A stretch of DNA of 64,000 bases from Squalus acanthias (lineage: Eukaryota), in contig CM059431.1 in assembly GCA_030390025.1 (NCBI GenBank), forward strand, positions 151,654,001 to 151,718,000, written 5' to 3'. The translations under genes were made by a program, and so were the position numbers. Under the pieces are notes generated by a model. The model was not told the DNA's origin, did no database searches, and saw only the letters and a program-made list of their open reading frames with translations. Position 1 is the stretch's first letter, and each line of letters begins with the position of its first letter. Shown piece by piece: positions 60,392 to 64,000 of the stretch.

Positions 60392-61865
60392 TGTAAAGGA
60401 AATAGCCATATTCCAAAAGATACACCATCCAATGAACAGATTTCTGATATTATTAATACATGACAAACTGGGCTTAAAAGTCGGGAAAGCCTCGGCGACA
60501 CAGGCTGCAAACACAATACAGGCTTTTGAGATAAGAACAGTTGATAACAAAAGCTGTAAATACCAAACAAGCTTTGAAATGGGAATTGCTTTGTAACTAC
60601 TGATACAAAGGCCTTTATGAAACAGAGGGTTGTAGGTTCCAAGGAGTCTACAGTTTGGAACAACGCAATACCATCACCCAGTTTAAAGTGTTAAAATCTA
60701 ACACGTCAAACAGAAGATTATTAAAAACAACTGCCTTTGAAAAAATGACATCAAGTAAAAGAAATACCTGCCGTAAAATAGTTTTATGTTAAACTTAGAA
60801 CAAGGAGACATGATTCTTAATGCAATCAATTGAACTGAATGAGAAATGCAAAGAACACCCTAGATGAAGTGTTTTTGATTTAGAAATTGTAAAAGGTACA
60901 AACAAAACACTTTGAAGATATAATATCAGTAGATGACACCAAGCAATCACATTGTGTTTGTATTGAAAATGCAATAGTTAGGAGACACGACGTCTGCTCA
61001 CAAGCAGTTAAGGTGATATTAAGAATTGAATAGAATGGCATCCGAAGAATAGCATAATAGATAAATCGATAATAAGCATAAAAATGATAAGTTTTTGAAA
61101 AACCTATACAGCAGAAAGGATTCCAAAAGTTGGCAGCTGAAATGACAGTAAGATAGAAATTAATTCAATAGAGAATGACGAGAGAAAATTAGCTTACATC
61201 CGCAGAAAACGTCAAAGAATAAACCACTAAAAAAGGTAAAAAAATAAAGCTTTTCAGATAGAGAGTCAGAAGTCGCTTGGAAGGAGCAGAGTGATTCTCG
61301 CCTTTACAACCACTCTGTAGGCCTGCAACTCTGAGTCTCGTGTAATCAAGTTATTTGATTTTGGTGGATATTCTGGATTAAGAAATAAGTAGAAGTGTGG
61401 AAATGTAACGAAGTTAAGATCTGAGAATAATGATCTCTGAGAAGAAATGTAAGCTATTTGTATTTTGAACGGTTAAAGTTAGGATTGCCATACCAGCTGT
61501 CAACTAAATCTCGGTTCTTTAATAAATATATATATTGTTAAAATTGTCTCACAGAGTAATTTCTGTATCACTCTTGCGAACTCAATTTCTGTACTCTTTT
61601 CAGAGAGGAGTTGCAGAATTCTGGGTGGTTTTCCGGACCCTCATAATATCCGAAAGGTTACAGTCTAGTTAAAATTGTTAAAAGTGCTATCGGTGACATG
61701 TTCAGGCCGTTCCTTTCCTTTAGAGAGAGATAGTCTGAACCTTTAGACCCAATTAAGCGTCTCTAGGATTCTGCTACCGCTAACTTTAGTTGAAGGTCAA
61801 CGCCTGGGGAATACGTCTGATCTGGGGTACCCCGAAAAGGGCTAGGAATAGTAATTATCCCTTCA
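60392..61865 (+). mobile_element. Solo LTR, ~1474 bp
   Basis: TGTAAAGGA...ATCCCTTCA termini, flanks GGCT/GGCA (4-bp TSD with one mismatch), AATAAA at ~61521. The 3' part is homologous to the reverse complement of 14451-14930. Confidence 0.72.
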
Positions 61866-62261
61866 GGCATAGGGGAGACCTGATTGAGGTGTACAAAATT
61901 ATGAGGGGCATGGTAAGGTTAGATAGAAAGGAACTTTTCCCTTTAGTAGAGGGTTCAATAACCAGGGGGCTTGGTTTCAAGGTAAGGGGCAGGAGGTTTA
62001 GAGGGGATTTGAGGAAAAACGTTTTTACCCAGTGGGTTGTTGGAATGTGGAACTCACTGCCTGAAAGGGTGGTAGAGGCAGGAACCCTCACAACATTCAA
62101 GAAGCATTTAGATGAGAACTTGAAACGCCATAGCATACAAGGCTGCGGACCAAGTGCTGGAAAATGGGATTAGAATAGACAGGGCTTGATGGCTGGTGCA
62201 GACACGATGGGCCGAAGGGCCTCTTTCGGTGCTGTATGACTCTATCACTCTCTGACTCTAT

Positions 62262-64000
62262 GAACTGAGGAGCTGGAGTTCGAGGTGCTGACATTGTGAC
62301 ACATCAGGGAAGGAGAAATTTACCTGGACATTTTGCTTCAGGAGGCAGCCACTCCCCGCAGATTAAATACTTCAGAATAGGCACGTGGTCAGGGACAGGC
62401 GGGTGTGACTGCGAGTGAGGCAAGTACGGGGATCCAGGAGGTAGTATTGCAGGAGCCTCAGACCCTGCACTTGTCCAATAGATTCGAGGTTCTTGCAACC
62501 CTTGTGGACAAGTGCGGGGAATGCGGGGAGGTCGTGCAAACTGACCACTGCACCATGGTACAGGTAGCCGTTCAAGTGATGGGTGTAAAAAGGAATGTGG
62601 TTGTACTAGGTGACAGTATAGTTAAGGGGATAGACACTGTTCTCAGCAGCCAGGAGCGTGAGTCCTGAAGGCTATGTTGCCTACCCGGTGCCAGGGTGAA
62701 GGACATCTCCTCCGGGCTGGAGAAGAACTTGGAGTGGGAGGGGGATGATCCAGTTGTCGTGGTCCAATAGGTACCAACGACATAGGTAAGACAAAGCAAG
62801 AGGTTCTGCTGAGAGATTTTGAGCAGCAAGGGACTGAATTAAAAAGCAGAACCACAAAGGTCATAAACTCTGGATTATTACTGGAGCCACGAGCAAATTG
62901 GCCTAGGATCAATAGGATCAGGGAGATGTATGCGTGGCTCAAAGATTGGTGTGGGAGAAGTGGGTTTCGATTCGTGGGACACTGGCACCAGTACTGGGGA
63001 AAGAGCTGTTCCGTTGGGAAGGACTACACCTGAGCCTTGCTGGGACCAGAGTTCTAGCAAATCGAATCACTAATGAGGTAGATAGAAATTTCAACTAAAT
63101 AAGTGGTGGGGAGAGGGTCACCGTGGAGAAAAATCTAGAATGCTAACGAGAAAAGACAAGGAAGCAGTGCAGGAAAGTGATTGGGGTAAGGGTAATCAGA
63201 TTGTCTTACGAAGGGACAGAGCGTAGAAACAAAGGAGTACACTAACAAATAGGGTCCGGTAAGATAAAATGTTAAGGCAAATAAGGCCGCAGTACAAAAA
63301 AAGTTAAGTTGTCTAAAAATGTTTAAAAAAATAATCTAAAGGCACTGCATCTGAATGCACGAAGCTTTCGTAATAAGGTAGACAAATTATCAACGCAAAT
63401 AGATGTAAACGGATACAATATGATTGCGCTTACGGAGACATGGCTGCAGGGTGACCAAGCCTGGGAGCTGAACATTCAAGGATATTCGATATATAGGAAG
63501 TACAGGCAAAAGGAAGAAGGAGGTGGGGTGGCGTTGTTAGTAATAGATGAAATCCGAGCAATCGCGAGAAAGGATATTGTTTACAGAAAATCAAAATGTA
63601 GAATCAGTCTGGGTGGAGCTTAGAATCACCAAAGGGCAGAAAACATTGGTGGGAGTCTTCTATAGGCCTTCAAAGAGTAGTGGTAATGTAGGGGATGGCA
63701 CCAGACAGGAAATTAGAGATGCATGTAACAAGGGTACTGCAGTAATTATGGGTGACTTTAATCTACCTATAGACTGGCCAAACCAAATTAGGAATAATAC
63801 TGTGGAGGATGAATTCCTGGAGTTTGTACGAGATGTTTTTTTAGAGCAGAACGTTGAGGAGTCAACTAGGGAACAGGCTATCCTAGATTGGAAATTGTGC
63901 AATGAGAAGATGTTAATTAATAATCTTGTTGTGCGGGCTCCTTTAGGGAAGATTGACCATAACATGATAGCATTCTTCACTAAGATGGAAAGTGAAAAAT
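62262..64000 (+). mobile_element. CR1 LINE ORF1/EN region (paralog of 11630-13350), runs off the window
   Basis: LSNRFEVL, VVVLGDSIV and IALTETW; collinear with copy 1. Confidence 0.85.

Larger units (their letters stand above)
54350..62260 (+). mobile_element. CR1 LINE (paralog of 8063-11628) hosting a nested CR1 and a solo LTR
   Basis: Shares the 5' UTR and the diagnostic internal deletion junction GCATTTAGCTATTCGAGCCAG with copy 1. Confidence 0.82.

Overview
Repeat-dense vertebrate genomic DNA, very probably from a cartilaginous fish. That assignment is inferred from the CR1/HER1-type LINEs, a Deu-domain SINE, a Penelope element and GPR139-like receptors. Most of the window is nested, decayed retroelements: CR1 LINEs, L2-group LINEs, a Penelope fragment carrying a minimal hammerhead ribozyme, and solo LTRs. 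Two intact two-exon class A GPCR genes (GPR139/GPR142-like, 323 aa each, about 87% identical, minus strand) lie in two copies of a segmental duplication (~1284-13350 vs ~44845-64000). A third, truncated copy of their downstream flank (20486-24390) has no receptor. The middle of the window holds a ~4.5 kb PIF/Harbinger transposon with a dead transposase and a spliced Myb/SANT partner gene that can be read intact, a decayed GCNT (core-2 GlcNAc transferase) pseudogene, tRNA-Lys(UUU) relics and several satellites. A related Harbinger MITE sits upstream of GPCR copy 2, and its empty site is visible in copy 1. All calls come from reading the sequence by eye; no database searches were run, and repeat boundaries are approximate.
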